A stretch of 64,000 nt of DNA from Vitrella brassicaformis CCMP3155 (lineage: Eukaryota > Protista > Chromerida): the NCBI GenBank assembly GCA_001179505.1, contig CDMY01000982.1, positions 124,001 to 188,000 of the forward strand. Direction: 5' to 3'. Position numbers and translations under genes: made by a program. The notes under the pieces are model-generated. The model ran no database searches, was not told where the DNA came from, and saw only the letters and a program-made list of their open reading frames with translations. Of this stretch, positions 14,501-28,200 are shown piece by piece (the stretch's first letter is position 1; each line of letters opens with the position of its first letter).

Positions 14501-17500
14501 CTCCACTTTGTCGGGCCGCGTCCTGACTTGGATCTGGGCACCAGGGATGACAGGCAGAGAAGACCCTTGTGCTGCTGTCTCAGCACGATGTTCCCGATCG
14601 TCTCTGGGTGGCGATGTCGCTCTGGACTGCACCAGAGGAGTGGAAAACTCATACACGACTGTGTCTCCCTCCATGTGAGACGAGGCCGTGAGACCTCCCT
14701 GGACTGTCTCTTGCGCCGGTGTCCTGTCCGGTCGTGATGGGGCTTGTGGTGCGGTCGGATAGGAGCCGAATGCGGCTTGAGCCGACAGAGGTCGACCACG
14801 TCTTTGCGACGATCCTCTGGCGGATGGCTGAGCTGACTGCGGCCTGAGAGACGCGTTTGAGTATGGTGCGGCGGCGTCGTGGCGGTTGTGTGCTTCGAAG
14901 AGAGGAAGTGGCACGCTGGCGGCTTCTTGAGGGCTCCAATGGGACTGGCCGAGCCCAGAGAGGACGATCTGGGGTTTGTTAGCTGCCAAGGGCGTCTCGC
15001 GCTCATCTGTCTCAGCTGGATAGGCGTTGTCCATTGCCGACATTGCTCTCTCTGGCAGGTGGAAGAGACTCGCTGTTGAGCTTTTCGGTGAGTGTGGCAG
15101 GGCGACAGGCGCTTTGGGCGTCCACCCCTCTGCCGGCTGCTCTGTTTCTGCAGTCATCGGCCGGGTGTTGTCAATGAGAGGTGCCAGCAGGACCGTCGCA
15201 GGCGGAAGGGGTGACTCGGTAGATGGTGTCTCCTCGGAGTGGGGCAGGGGCGTGACATGGGCAGACTCACCACCAAACTCTCGTTGATTGTCGCTCTCAG
15301 GGAGTCTTGACGCATCCTGCTAAGAAAGGAAAGGATACGATCACACGAACGATTAGACATGAGAGCGTCCAGATCTTGCTCACCTTCGTGTGAGGTGCCT
15401 CGAGTAGTTCTTGCACCGCTTTAGCCGCTCGCAACGGCTGTCTCGGTGCATTGGTGGGTTTGTGCTGCCAAGCGGTGGGTGGGTAGGTAGAAGACAAGGC
15501 TGCAGCTTCTTCGGTCTGCTCTCCATCGTCAATGTGTCCCTGCTCGTCTGCCTCCATATGAAGTTGCATCGACGGACTGGTGGCAAGCAGAATGTTGAGC
15601 AGCTTCGACAGTTCGTGACTGCCGATGCGTGAGACTCTCTGCTTAGCTTTTGGCACCGTCTTGGGACGGGTGACCTTCGATGACTGCAGCAGCGGTGGAC
15701 GATCGAGAGATGACTGTGCACACACACACACGTACGCATGTACAGACACGCAAACATTGACTTTGCTTGTTTTTCTGTCAAAGGGCAAGCACGCACCACT
15801 TGCAGCTCTCTGAATGCTCGTTGGAGAGCCATGACGATTTTGAGGCAGCTTTCGTCACAGCCGTCGACTGCTTCATGTGCCTGGTTGAGTATGTCTTGGC
15901 AAAGAGCGACATTGCGGCGCGACGCAGCGACGGCAAAGCGGATGGAATATGCACGGAGAAGAGACAATTTCTGAAGGGACGCCATTAATTAGAAAGAATG
16001 CGTATGTTTCTTTTTGCTTGTCTCCTTTTCTTGCCTTGAGATTTCTCATTGCGAAGAGGTCCTTTGTTCGTTGCCGTTTCGCCTCATTGCCAATGCGGAA
16101 CAGCTTGTCGTCTATCAGGCGAATCTGACCGAAAAGGGGACACGTGTGAGATTATCCAGCTGCAAGTGCTATATCCTTTGCCCCCCACAAACCTGGTGCA
16201 GCAGCACTTCAATCGCCTGTGCAGCACAATAGTCGGCTGCCTCGGGCCTGAGAGACACACACTCACGCACTCCTACACAAAGCTATGTGTGATGGTGTCT
16301 GTTGTGTCAGTTACCTCTGGAGGTGTGCGTGTATGTCTGCCACCGCGAGATGCACCCGCTCTGGATGCATGGTGAAGCCCTTCCTGCCAGAGTGCCGCAT
16401 CGACCGCTGCTCCCTGTCGCACGCTTGGAAGCACACCAAAGCGTCCTCATAGAATCCGTACCTGTACACACACAGACAGAGAAGAAAAACGTTCACTTGC
16501 TCCCTTTGTGCGGTGTAGGAGTGAGTACCGTCTGTATGTCTCTGCCAATCTCGCCAGGCACACGAACCGCAGGTGTGCTGCATCGTCGGCCACACTCATG
16601 CCCTTCCTCGTCCTCTCTTGGCTCGATCCGCGTGACGGCCGGTGAGAAATGACGCGTGTCCTTGTCCTGGGAGGGCTCTTGGTGCTGCGAGGACGCCTGA
16701 AACACGAGGGGCACGGAATGACAAAACACCGTCACAGCTGGATGTCTCTTCACGGGTACGGGTATGCGTTCTTGTAGGGCGAGTCTCGCAGATTTTGATG
16801 CAGCCGTGGGAGGGACGGCGAATGGCGGGTGGTCGCGGTTGTCGGTGTCTGTGGCAGCAGCTGACACAGCTGACACGCACGACCAAGACAAAGAAGGGCC
16901 CGGTCCACGTCAGCTGACCACATCAGAAATGCAACCATGTGTCAAGTCAGCTCTGAATCCACCCCGTACACGAGAACGTACCATTCTTCTGTGCGTCAGC
17001 CGACAGCTGTTCCCATATCTTGGCACCCTGGAGAACGAGCGCTTCCTCCGCTCCGCTCAGTGCAAGGGAGACTTCCTCTCCATCTCCCTTTTGTTTCTCC
17101 CCCTGCTTGTGCCTTCTGCATAGCAGATTATGCCTGTGCATGTGTTTCTGGGACGTTTTCCTGCTCACCCCTCTTCCTTGCGGGAGTCTTTGTCCCTCCT
17201 GTGATCTGCATCTCTCCTCTGCCAATCCCACAGGCGCTGCTGCGCATAAGTCCACGCCTCATCGCCAGCACGCTCCAGCGACTCAACAGACTTCCGCTTC
17301 CGCAGATGGTTCACGAAGCTGATGCCATCAAGAACGAGGGAATGGGATGAATGAGTACTAGGGGAACACACGAAAGAGTCTCAGAATAAATGGGTCACCT
17401 GAGCACTTCCTCTGGGGTTCTCTCCGACGAAAAGAGTGCTGACACAGGGCGCTCGAGCGTCGTGTCCATCGTGCAGACTGCGTTGAACTCCAGGGGGCGA

Positions 17501-17634
17501 GCTTCCGCCCCCATGCACCCCCCGGGCCGGTCTCGCCCGTCCCTCCCCCATCCGCACCGGCTTTCCCCCCCTCTGATGCAGGAGGTGCTGGCAGAGATCG
17601 CCGCCGGTGGCGGCATTGATCCGAACGAGCTCAC
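11506..17634 (-). CDS. Large protein with TPR-like helical N-terminal region and five IQ calmodulin-binding motifs
   Basis: ORFs 13583-15157 and 11506-13515 join through a GT-AG intron (KLG|gttag...ctcag|DEPAV). IQ motifs: ATKVQASWRAR, ASRVQAHVRGR, AVSVQAIWRGH, ATKLQAAWRGK, AIMIQKHWRGY. Upstream exons (VDRALLCLGRACQ, RYGFYEDALVCFQAC, EAADYCAAQAIEVLL) link in frame through a GC-AG intron. The 5' limit is uncertain. Confidence 0.6.
15971..16034 (-). other. Predicted non-canonical GC-AG intron (64 nt)
   Basis: Minus strand AAG|GCAAGA ... cccttcAG|AAATTG; phase 0 on both sides, joining ...FAMRNLK to KLSLLRAY... Confidence 0.6.
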
Positions 17635-18070
17635 CGTGGATGCAAGCCAGTGCCTCGGTAACCCGAAAACTCATCCTTTGACTCCCCCGTGGTTGCAGGC
17701 AGACACAATGTTGGTTTGCTGTTAGAACGGGACTAGTGTAGTGTAGGTCTCGGTATCCTCAATTGTGGAGACATTTGTCGGTCGTTCGCACACGATAAAA
17801 TGCACGCATAAGGTTGCACAAATAACACCTACACACACCACACTCATCCCACAAAGCCATGCAAGACCTACACGATCATACCAATGCACCCACTCGGCAC
17901 ACAGCACACACATTATTACCCCTCCTGCATGGACAAAGATCTCTCTCTTTCTCTGCCTGCCTGTCTGCCTGCCTGATTGCCTCTGTGTCCGTCTGTCTGT
18001 CTGTCTGTTTGCCATCAGACAGGCCAGCATTTGAGCCTGAGGTCTCTCTCATCGAATGCACTCCACTCAC

Positions 18071-19202
18071 AGGCCACCGGCGGCTGGCGACGACCGTCAG
18101 CATCCGACTCGGTCTCGGGCACGCAGAACGACTCATATGATGACAGATCTGAACACACATTCACACACAGATGCATCCATCGATTGATTGATTGATTGTC
18201 AGTGAGTGAGTGTGTGGGTGGGTGGGTACCGTCTAGTCTGTCCCTGAACGATCCGTCAGTGCACATGGCCATGGGGATGTTGCCCACCGACCCCCGCACG
18301 CCCCACAGAAAGGCCGGCGGTGAGTCCGCGTCCTTCACACTCGGACGTGGCGCGTCTTCCGCATACCTACACACATAGAGAGGTACATGCGCACACCATG
18401 TATGTGCACCCCTCCCTCGTGCGTGTCTTCACAGATTCCTTACACGCAGAGTGCGCATTGTGTGGTTTCGCCCAGTTCCCTGCCCGCCCTCATCCTCTCG
18501 CACTGTGTGGTGATGTTGACCAGCTCCGTCAGCCACAGCTGCTCCCCGCCCTGCTCAAGGCCCCGCTGCTTCTTCCGCGACGCCGTCCCGCTCACCAAGT
18601 CAAAGTAGTCGGCGAAACTGTACCCGCGCGTCGTCTTGACGACCTCACGCCGAGCCTCGTTGTAGATGTACCTCTCGGTCAGCAGAACGGGGTAGTCTTC
18701 GAGGCCGTATCTCCTGGCATGTTCCTCCATCCTGTGGATGTACTTGCTGATTCGCCGCACGAGGCGAGGGGGGTAGTCGTGCTCGCCGGTGAGCACCCGG
18801 CTGACGGCCTGGCCGCTGGAGGGCACCAGCTGCGGCAGAGTGGCCGAGGAGATCTGTGCAGCGGCCTCAAGAGGGACGAGGAATGTCCGCCATGTCGGCA
18901 GCAGGGCCACTACCTCTGCAAAAAGAGCAGCACAGCACCGACAGACACAGGCGCAGCAATGGGCAGGACAGAACACATTGGCGGGTCGTGTGGTTGGCTG
19001 GTTGCGCACCGAGGTGTTCTGGGTAGATGGGTGTGATGTCAGCCTGGCAGATGGACACGTTGAGAAGCGACGATGAGGTGTCAGACGAGCCGCCCCAGAT
19101 GGACACACTGAGCGCCACAGCCACCACGTTGAATAGAACAGCCACCACACGCTGCAGCTGCTGAGATATCGTCACTCCTCTTCTTGCCCGCGGCATCTTC
19201 AT
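18071..19202 (-). CDS. Hypothetical multi-exon protein (possibly the 5' part of the TPR/IQ gene)
   Basis: MKMPRARRGVTISQQLQ..., large exon AEVVALLPTWRTFLVPLE...ETTQCALC, then in-phase exons VYAEDAPRP...RDRLD and DLSSYESFCVPE...; the downstream link was not resolved. Confidence 0.45.
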
Positions 19203-19523
19203 TTTCAGACAGCAGCAGGAAAGATTGATGAATAAAGCGTTGAAAGGCAGGTACAGCAGGCCTCCTGAGCGTCGTTGTGGTACTCCGGCGGGAAGATCAG
19301 CGATGGTGGCGATGGATGATGAGTCACTGAAGAAGGCCAAGTGAATGCCCGGCAGCAAGGATGGTCAGAGTGAGTAGGAAAAGGCTGTGCAGACGCCACG
19401 AGGACCCGGTGGCTGCTCTTCCAGGATGCGAGCCAGACCCGTCGAATCAAGGCAAGCGCGCAGAGAGTGCTTCGACGCTTTTTCGGTCTTTTTGCCTTCC
19501 ATCTATCCTCCCCGACCACCGCT

Positions 19524-20345
19524 ATGGCGTCCCTGTTGTCGATCTGCCTCGTTCTGGGCCTCGCCTCCGCGAGCGCGTTCGTGCCTCCTCCCACCAAGCC
19601 TGTCTTTCGCCACACGGCACTCACGGCATCCAACGAGGGACAGGTGAGAGACACCAGCAGCGGGGGGGAGAACACATGCTGTCTGCATCTTGTCTCTGTG
19701 TGTGCCAGGTTCGCCGCGAGCACCTGCTGGACAAGACTGCTGGCCTGTCAGCTGTGTTGGGTCTGCTGACCCTGGCTGGCAACGCGGGGGAGGCCCTGGC
19801 TGTGCGCGACTACGAAGGCGTCCCGTATCTGGGTAAGAGCCACCACCCACACAAGGCGCCTCAGCGCTTGTCTGTGCGCAGGTGGTTCTGACAAGATCGA
19901 TATCAATAACGTCAACATCAGGACCTACAGCCAGCTGCGTGGCGTGTACCCCACACTGGCATCAAAGATCGTCAAGAACGGGCCGTACAACAAGGTGGAC
20001 GAGCTCTACCAGATCAAGGACCTCACGCGTAAGCACGCAAGCACACAGGCAGCGAGCGCATTGTGCACGTGTTGCATGGCTGTGCCCTCCATCATGCTGC
20101 CTCCATCCCCCCTTGTGTGTGTGAGTCAGCGCGTGACAAGGAGCTGCTGAACAAGTACAGCAAGTACTTCACTGCGATGCCGCCGCGCGAGGAATATACC
20201 GTCGACAGGATCAACGACGGCATGTACGCCGGTACGCAACGCATCACACACACACACACACGGCCCGAAAGAGGACGATCTGTACCGTGCTCACCTCTCG
20301 TGTGTGTCTGTGTGACACGCAGGCACGTCAAAGTACATCGACTAG
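19524..20345 (+). CDS. psbU: Photosystem II 12 kDa extrinsic protein PsbU, nucleus-encoded, 5 exons
   Basis: MASLLSICLVLGLASASA-FVPP signal, VRREHL...GEALA lumen signal, mature VRDYEGVPYLGGSDKIDINNVNIRTYSQLRGVYPTLASKIVKNGPYNKVDELYQI...KYFTAMPPREEYTVDRINDGMY (PsbU hallmarks IDxNN, YPTLA, GPY, DRIN.G.Y). Confidence 0.92.
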
Positions 20346-21606
20346 AGCCACTCACAGTCGAGAGCAGACAGATGAGAGCGTAGCGGTCGTAGAGAGGAGA
20401 GGAGAGCCCATCAATGGCATTTTTCCGTCACCGGCTGGCCTGGCCTGACGTGGCATGAGCTGACACACTTTCGGATGCACAGATTTTTCGCGTCGGAGGG
20501 AGATAGAGAGCGAAGAGAGCGCTTACTGAGGATTTTTGTCGTGTCTTGATGGTGCGTGCTGCGTGCACTGGCTGTTTCTCTTCGTGGAGGCATTTCCTTG
20601 TCTGACGCGCCATCACCAACTCCCTTTTGTTGCAATTGAACACGATTGCCGCGAAAAGGAGCCATGGGTGGCGTGTTGAGGCAGGGGAATGTCTCTAGTA
20701 CTAGAGAGGCGGACGCGATAGACCACACAAGGGAGAGTCTGTTCGTCGGCCTGTTTGCCTGCATGTATACATAGATACCGCCCTTCCACTTGCATTGTAA
20801 TGACGCAGGCACTTACCTCGGCGCTCACTGCTCTGGTCATCATCAATGCACCGTTTGCAGGCAAGCGAGTCGCATCGCTTGTGTTCATTCCGTGCATCGG
20901 TGGGACAGAATGCAGTGAGTAGCCCAGTGGGGCCTGCCAGGCAATGTGACTGTCTTGTGTGACACAGCGACTGATGGTGGTGGTGGGTATGTTCTTTGCC
21001 GTGAGTGAGTTGTGGTATTTCCTTGCCTTGCACAGCGTGTGTTGACGCCTTCTTTCCAGTGGACATTGCCACGGGAAAGAAGTCGTCACCACGCGCGTGC
21101 CAAGGCCAGGACGCGCCACGAGGCTGGTCGATACTTCGACGCCCCTTTTTCCACACCGATTGCGAGATCCACATCTGGATGGATGGTCTCTTTCCACACA
21201 CATCGAGCGACCGACTCACTATGAGGGGTGGATGCATTCTTCCCTGAATGCTGGTCTATTCTTGTCACCACCACACCTGCGTGTATGGTATGAGGGTGTT
21301 TTATTTGTGAGAGGGGGTGGAGTGGGTGGTGCAGTAGTCTGCATGGATGGATGGATGGATGGACTGAGGGGGGCGGTTCGACAGTGAGTGGCAGTGAGGA
21401 TGGACTCAGTTACGCGAACTTAATTTATTGCTCCGGATCATCCCTGAAGGCATATGCTGACTGATCCATGTACGAAAGGCGCTCGAAACCCATCCCATGC
21501 ATCCATCAATCACATCCCCTTCCACCCACCTCATGGCCGTGCTCGCATCAGCCATCCCATCCATCCATCTCTCCGATATGCCATCATCTCATGTTGATTG
21601 CCTCAC

Positions 21607-24600
21607 TCACTCGTCTCTGCTGGCCTCGTCGTCGGCGTCATCAGCCCCCTCTACATCTGCCTCGCCCTCGTTGAACGCCTGGTCCAACGACACCGTAATC
21701 CGACGCGCCGACGTGCCAGGCGTCTCTACCAACACCTGCACACACACAAACGGCAAGTGGAGGGTGTATTCTGTCTGGTATGAGGTTCGTTGCCTGGGGT
21801 GGTTGTCTGGTTGAGCCTCTGGATGTGCGTCTGTCCATGGAGATGCTTCTGTGTGTCTCGCTGACGAGGAAGAATGTCCTCATCTTGCCCTTGCCCTTCA
21901 CTTCGATCTCGCCACGGTCTTCGCACAGGAACTCATGCTGAACACACAGAGGACACACACAGAGAGACACGAGTGACAAGCAGCACTAATCTGTGTGTGA
22001 AAGTTTGGTGTGTCTGCGTGCTAGATACGTGTATGTATTGGTATGTCTGTAGCGAGATGTGCACTCTGTTGGGCTCCCCGTGAGACTGATCACACACAAA
22101 CACACATGTGCATGGGTCTTTGTCATGTCTCTCTCTGGCAGGCGTGTGTCCTTACTTCCATCCTTGCAGCCGTGTTGACAGCGTCCCCCCACACGTCATA
22201 CGAGAACTTCGACGTCCCTATCACGCCAGCCACACACGTACCTGAACGCACAACACGCGCAGACACACACACAGGAATGCAGTGGTGCGTGTCTCGATGT
22301 TTCGTGGATGGAGCACCGGCCGCTGTGGACGCCCACTCTGATGCGAATAGGCTCGCCTCTGTCGTCCTTGAACCGTTTCATGTGTCTGATCATCTGCAGG
22401 CCCATCCTGCAGCAGTCTCGCGCGTGGGTGTCGGAGGGGATCGGCACGCCGCCAGTGGCCATGTACGCTGCACACATTCATCCATCCAATGCATTCCATC
22501 CAGGCATTCATGCCGGCCGTTGATTGATCCATCTGGCATCTGCCGACCATCGCCAATTGTCTTAATCTTCTCGAGGTTGTTCTCGACTGCGCATCGGTCG
22601 AGCAGCACGAAGATGCTGTTCAGCAGAGCGACCAACCTGCAAACATCCGTCCGTCCATCCAAGCACATGAGCACCTGATACATTCATCCCAGTGACAGTC
22701 TCACTTCATGGGCGGCACGCGAGACGACATCTCGGTGAAACCCACAATATCTGTGCGCGAGCGGCACAGAGACATTCACGCCATATATGGACAAGTGAAA
22801 GTGATCGCTCACCGGAAAACAGCACCAACACCTCAAAAAACGCCTCAGCCATATTCAGCCTGCGTGAGTACCCATGACAAGGAAGGGCATCGAGGTGTGT
22901 CTCTCTGTGTATGTCTCTCTGTGTGTGGGTGGTGGTGACTGACCTGGCCCCCATGTTGACGCTGGCACTGAGCTTTCTCAGCACGTGTTCCGGCAGGATG
23001 TTGGATAGCAGAAACTCCGACCGTTCCTGCTCCTTGGTTATCTGCAGTCGGTTGATCGATCGATCACAACACAGACAGACAGACACAACGCCACGCTATC
23101 AATGGCGGGCCGACTGCATCGCATCCAGTGAGTGGCTTGGCTAACCGATTCGGTGAAGATGAAGCTCTGCCGTGCGTAGATTTCCTGCGAGTATGCCAAC
23201 ACCGCCACAAGAAAGGCTCCACCGAGGGAAGTCTGATCAGCACATGAACAATCACTTGATGGATTGACGGATGGGTGGACAAGTCGACGACTGACCACTT
23301 TGTCCATGGCGCTCTCGTCCATTGTCTGCACCACGACGGCGTCGAGGAAGAGCATCCACGCCATCAGGAATGTCATATTCACGAACCTAAGCCTGCATGT
23401 CCGAGACGGGCACGAACAGACACGGCCGCTCGCTCATTGAATCACCGTGCAGCATATGTCCGCTGGCTGACCTCACTCACTCACCGGAAGAAAAGTGATG
23501 ATATGATGACGAAGCTGTACATCCGCCTGAAGTCCTGCCCTGGCTGCTTGCTCTGTGCGTGCGTGGCAGGCACACACACACACACACACACATATTTAGA
23601 CACACCGTGAGTATTTGTGTGTGGGCGTCAGCTGTGAGCACATGTACCGCAAGAAAGGGCACCCCGGGGATTTCTGGGCTTACAGCCATGCGCACTCTGT
23701 ACCAGACAGACAGACAGACAGACATGATGTTCCTCTCTCTGCCTGCCTGCCTGCCTGTCTGCCTGTGTGTGTGTGACATACTGACACGGAGAGAAATATG
23801 GTTGCGGCCATTACCGTCTGCAGGTGACGAAGAAACCAACCTGACACACACACGTAGACACGTGGAGAGACGTGGTCTGGTCGAGCCGCGTTCCACATGT
23901 ACGATTGGCAGTGTAGAAGAGGAGAAGAGCAGCCCCCGTCACGGGGACGCTGAAAGTCTGATAGGTACATCACATCCATTCAATCACACACACATCCTTT
24001 TTCCCCACGAATGATGGTGCTTTACTTTGTGCAGCCAGCCAGCCACGAGCGTACCATTATGGGGAAGCCGAACCTGCCATGGGCATAGTCGCTCTCCATG
24101 CCCATCGACCGCACTTGTGCGTTGGCAGCCGGACACGCCAGTACACCTGAGTCAATCCCATCAAGGTGCCCATCCACCCACCATGCAGGCGGAGACACGT
24201 ACACGTGTGTGCTACCAAGTTACCAAATATGGTCGACCCCCACAGTGCGATTTCCACTGTTCGCTTGCTCAGCTTCACATACGTCTCCCGAAACCGCCTC
24301 TGCAACAAGGGAGTGCAACACCTTGATGTGTCTGTCATACGAGCTATTTTGTCCCACCCACCTCTAGGTCAGCGTCGCGGAACTCGAGAGTGGCAAAGTG
24401 CATGGTTTGTCCAGAGCTCCGCCACACCTCTTTCCTGTTGAGTGGGTCGGGGGAAATTGGGCTGGCGGCGAACAGAGACAGGCGGTGGAATATGCTGCAG
24501 ACAGACAGACAGACAGTCAGAAGAGGCAAGGAGATTGAAGCTGCGCATATCGATTGGCTGGTCCCCCACCCTCGGAAGCCCCAGCGCATCATCGATTTGC

Positions 24601-25037
24601 CCTGGGCTGTCTCGCCGACAAGCGAGCGGACAAGGGTCTCAGACCTGCACACATCCATCGATACACTCAGGGATCATGAGCCCATCCATCGACCACGCTG
24701 CTCTCCCAGTACATATGTACCCTGTTGCCGTCGGCGACTCGGGCAAAACCCTTCTCCTCACCAGCTCCCTCGCCCGCCCCCACAAGCTGTGGCCTCTCTC
24801 AGACGCCCCTCCAACCTCATCTAACGGCGTCGGTCTCAGCCATCTCCGGCTGCTGTCTGCCCTGCCCGGGAGCCCTTCTGGCTCTGCAGTGGCAGCTGGC
24901 TGAGGCGCCGGCTGGGATAGCGCGTGGGTTGGGGAGGTGAAGACAGCGGGGGCATCGGAGGGAGCGGATTCGGAAGTGGTGACTTGCAGAATGGGCGTGC
25001 TGCGGATGTTACGTTGGGAGGCAGGGGTGTCCTCCAT
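21607..25037 (-). CDS. Membrane-bound class III adenylyl cyclase with a single catalytic domain
   Basis: Exons encode TM segments, [92 protein letters not shown] and [17 protein letters not shown]. Start codon uncertain (25037 chosen to avoid overlap with the divergent gene). Confidence 0.85.
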
Positions 25038-25215
25038 CTGAGAAAGCAGGAGTGTTTTCGAAACAGAGACTGAGACTGGGGGTCTCGTGGGGGCGAACTT
25101 CTGAACATCGAATGCGGCTGGCAGATCTTTCGTTCGTTTGCGTGTGAGCTTTGCGTGTGAGGCCGTCAGCACACCCACTTTGCGCGTCAGCCGCTTTCCC
25201 CGATCATCTGCCGCG

Positions 25216-28200
25216 ATGTCTTTCCGTCCGTTCCAGACGTTCAGGCGCCAGACCTTCCGTCCGGGCGTGCTTCGCTCAGAGCGGCAGATCGCAGCAGCGA
25301 ACATAGTTTTCTCGATCTTTAAGGTTCACAGAGAGAGAGAGAGCATACAACCATAGCTTGTATGTGGATCCAGCTTCTCTGTGTCTGTGTGATACAGGCT
25401 GACCGTGCAGAGGAGGAAATAGAAGAGGAGCTCTCAAGGAAGCGGCGGCGAAAGGGGCTGCGGAAATACCTGCCCTTCCTACCAGAGGTGCAGGCCGGCG
25501 AGTCGCGGTATCTGTCCATCCTCCTATTGGAGGTCTTCGCAAGTGGCTTCAGTCGCGCGGTGTTCTTCAAGGTGCTACAGAAGGCCTGTGGATACGACGA
25601 CGCCGTGTTTCTGCTGCTTATCGGGATGTCCCTGCCCTTTTTGAAGGCATTTTCTCATGTGTTCAGCATTCTCACCTGCCCAAAGCTGACGGCTATTGCC
25701 TCAAATGCAATGCTCGTAGTGGCGCTTGTCTTCATCACGGCGTTTGCGGCCGTCCAGGGGTCGTCTCCTGTGGACCGGTTCGTCTTCACTCTGCTCATAT
25801 GGCCGTGGTTTGTGGTGCTTGACGCGATTGCGCGGCTGTACATAGGCCGAGACAAGAAGGCCCTGCCCTTCAAGATCTTCCACCTGCCTCTATTCGCCAT
25901 CATCGGCGTGACAGCCGAGATTCTGTCCTTGTTCGCCCTGCCGGCTCTCACAGTGACCCAATATGTTGCCCTGCACTGCCTGGAGCTGCCCCTGGGCGCG
26001 ATCTTGACCCGAATCGTGTTTCGCCGAACGAACCAGTCGAGACACACGCTGCTTCTCGTGGGCATCACTGTCATGGTGGTCATGTGTCTGGCGAGTGACG
26101 AGCTTGTCAAGGAGATGATCAGTCGCGGCAAAGGGCCGCAGCTTAGTGCTCAAGTGGAGCAGGTGGCGACTACCACAGGACCCCCCGGGGCGCCAATCTA
26201 CGTGTATCCAGACGAGGAGCGGCCAAAGGCTGCCACGGCGTCTCTCTCACACGAGTGGCAGCGGGGCCAGGCCGCCTTTCTGTCGGTGAGCTTCATGCAG
26301 GCGTGTATACTGGTGGTGGTGAGCCGGGTGCTGCTGCTGGTGCGCAATTACTACGTCAAGCACCGGCTGATGAAGGTCAACAAGGCCATCAAGCTTCCCC
26401 CGCCTCCCCTTCCTGACAGGCTCTTCCATCCGTATGCGAAACAAGAGGCCTGGGCCAAGAAAGAAGGAGAGGACGGCAGCGATGATGATGAGCAGGGGGA
26501 TGACATTGTTGATGAGAAAGAGACATATGAGAGGACGGGCGAGCGGCTGCCTGACGTGAGGTCGTCCCTTCCACCAAAGTACCGTTTCTCTGGCTTTCCC
26601 GAGCCGATGCAGCGGTCCATCGAGATCCTCTTCAGCACCTGTTTCTATGAGTCGGCGCTCCACACTCTGGGCAGGAAGGGCACACGAGACCTCCACTTCC
26701 TTTCCGACTTCCTCTATGGCTTGCCACTGGTCGCCTTCTGGACGAGGCAGGATCGTGTGAGAGGAGAGAGGGGCGCAGAGGGGCTTCTAGACCAGCTGGG
26801 CCCCTCATCTGTGGGGAGGGGGGTGCTGATTGGCCTGCTGGTGGGCCTCTTCTCTCTCTCACTCACTGCTCTGCCGTGGGCGAACGCCGCGGTGCTGTTT
26901 GACCGAGCGAGTCCGCCCTCTTCGTGGCCGGTGCGTGTGGTGTTTGTAATGGCGCCCTGTGTGCTCGTCGACACGCTGTACATCCACCCACAGCCATCCT
27001 CACTGGGCCTCGCTCTGGTGGCTGTGCTGCTGATGCTGGTGGTGAGCTATCGGCAGAAGGTTTACGAGGAATATCACAGGCAGGTACTGTACGCACAGAT
27101 GTATATATGCCGCAGAAATGGAGACGCACCTTCATCTCTGTGGCCCTGTGCATGTCTGCAGGAACTGTTGCAGCTAACGAACGAGGCCATTCGTCTGAGC
27201 CCCGCAACGATGCGCACGCCGCAGAAACGAGTGCTGGGCCAGATCTGGGACAACACCTCCACGGCCGACTACGAGTGGCACCTCATCAACACCCTCATAC
27301 ACAAGGGCCAGAACATCAGGAACCTCGTCGAGGCTGTGAGGAAGCAGATGGGTGCGAGCGGCGGGGCGAGTGCGATCATCGACCCCTCGCCCGCGGCCAC
27401 GGCTGCCTGGCGGCTGGCGGCGTCGCTCGTCATGCGGGCCGTCAGGAAGCAAAAACGGGAGAGAGAAAAGGTAGGTACAATGAATGGGAAAGGAAAGGCA
27501 GAGAGAGAGACACAACCACTTTCTGTCGCTGTGTGTGCGTAGGAGGTGAGGATACAGTTTGAGGTTTACTCTGACATCCAGCAGATGGTGCACAAACTAG
27601 TCGACCGTGCTGTCGACGAAGCAGGTGCGATACACATGTATGTGCACATGCGCCTCCCTCCCTTGCCCCTTTCCATTCCATTCTTTTCTCTCTCTCCTCT
27701 CCGGTCATCGCGATCAATGTATGTCATCCATCAGAGTTCCGCGGTCCCCAGATGCAGATAGCCCTTCACTTCTGCCTCATGAACGACCAAAGACGCGGAA
27801 TCAGGTGTGTGTATTGACCTCACACGTACAGACACATACCTGGACACATGAGCGTGATATGTATGTCACACACACAATATTGCTTTGCAGGCGTCTGCGG
27901 GCGTATGTGCAGGCGAGGAAACACCGACGCTCCCTTGCCCAGCTCTACACGCCCAACGTCAATTCACAGGCGACGAAGGGGGGCATCTTTAGACACATCG
28001 CCGAACGAGTCACCAAACAACAGCAGCTGCGCCCGCCCCCTCTCCCCCTCCCACCCACCACACCCAGCACCCAACACTTCCTGCGCAACATCCTCTCCGC
28101 ATGGGGCGGCGGAGGGGGAGGGGGCGATGCCTATGTGCACGACCGTTCCCCAATGGCGCTGTCCCAGATCGAAGAAGGCACACCGAGTGTGTCCTCTCCC

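Noticed and set aside
25037-25304. N-terminal extension of the cyclase ORF (24639-25304) overlapping the first exon of the divergent gene
   Set aside because: More simply explained as chance open frame across a short bidirectional promoter and the opposite gene's first exon; no support for a true overlap.
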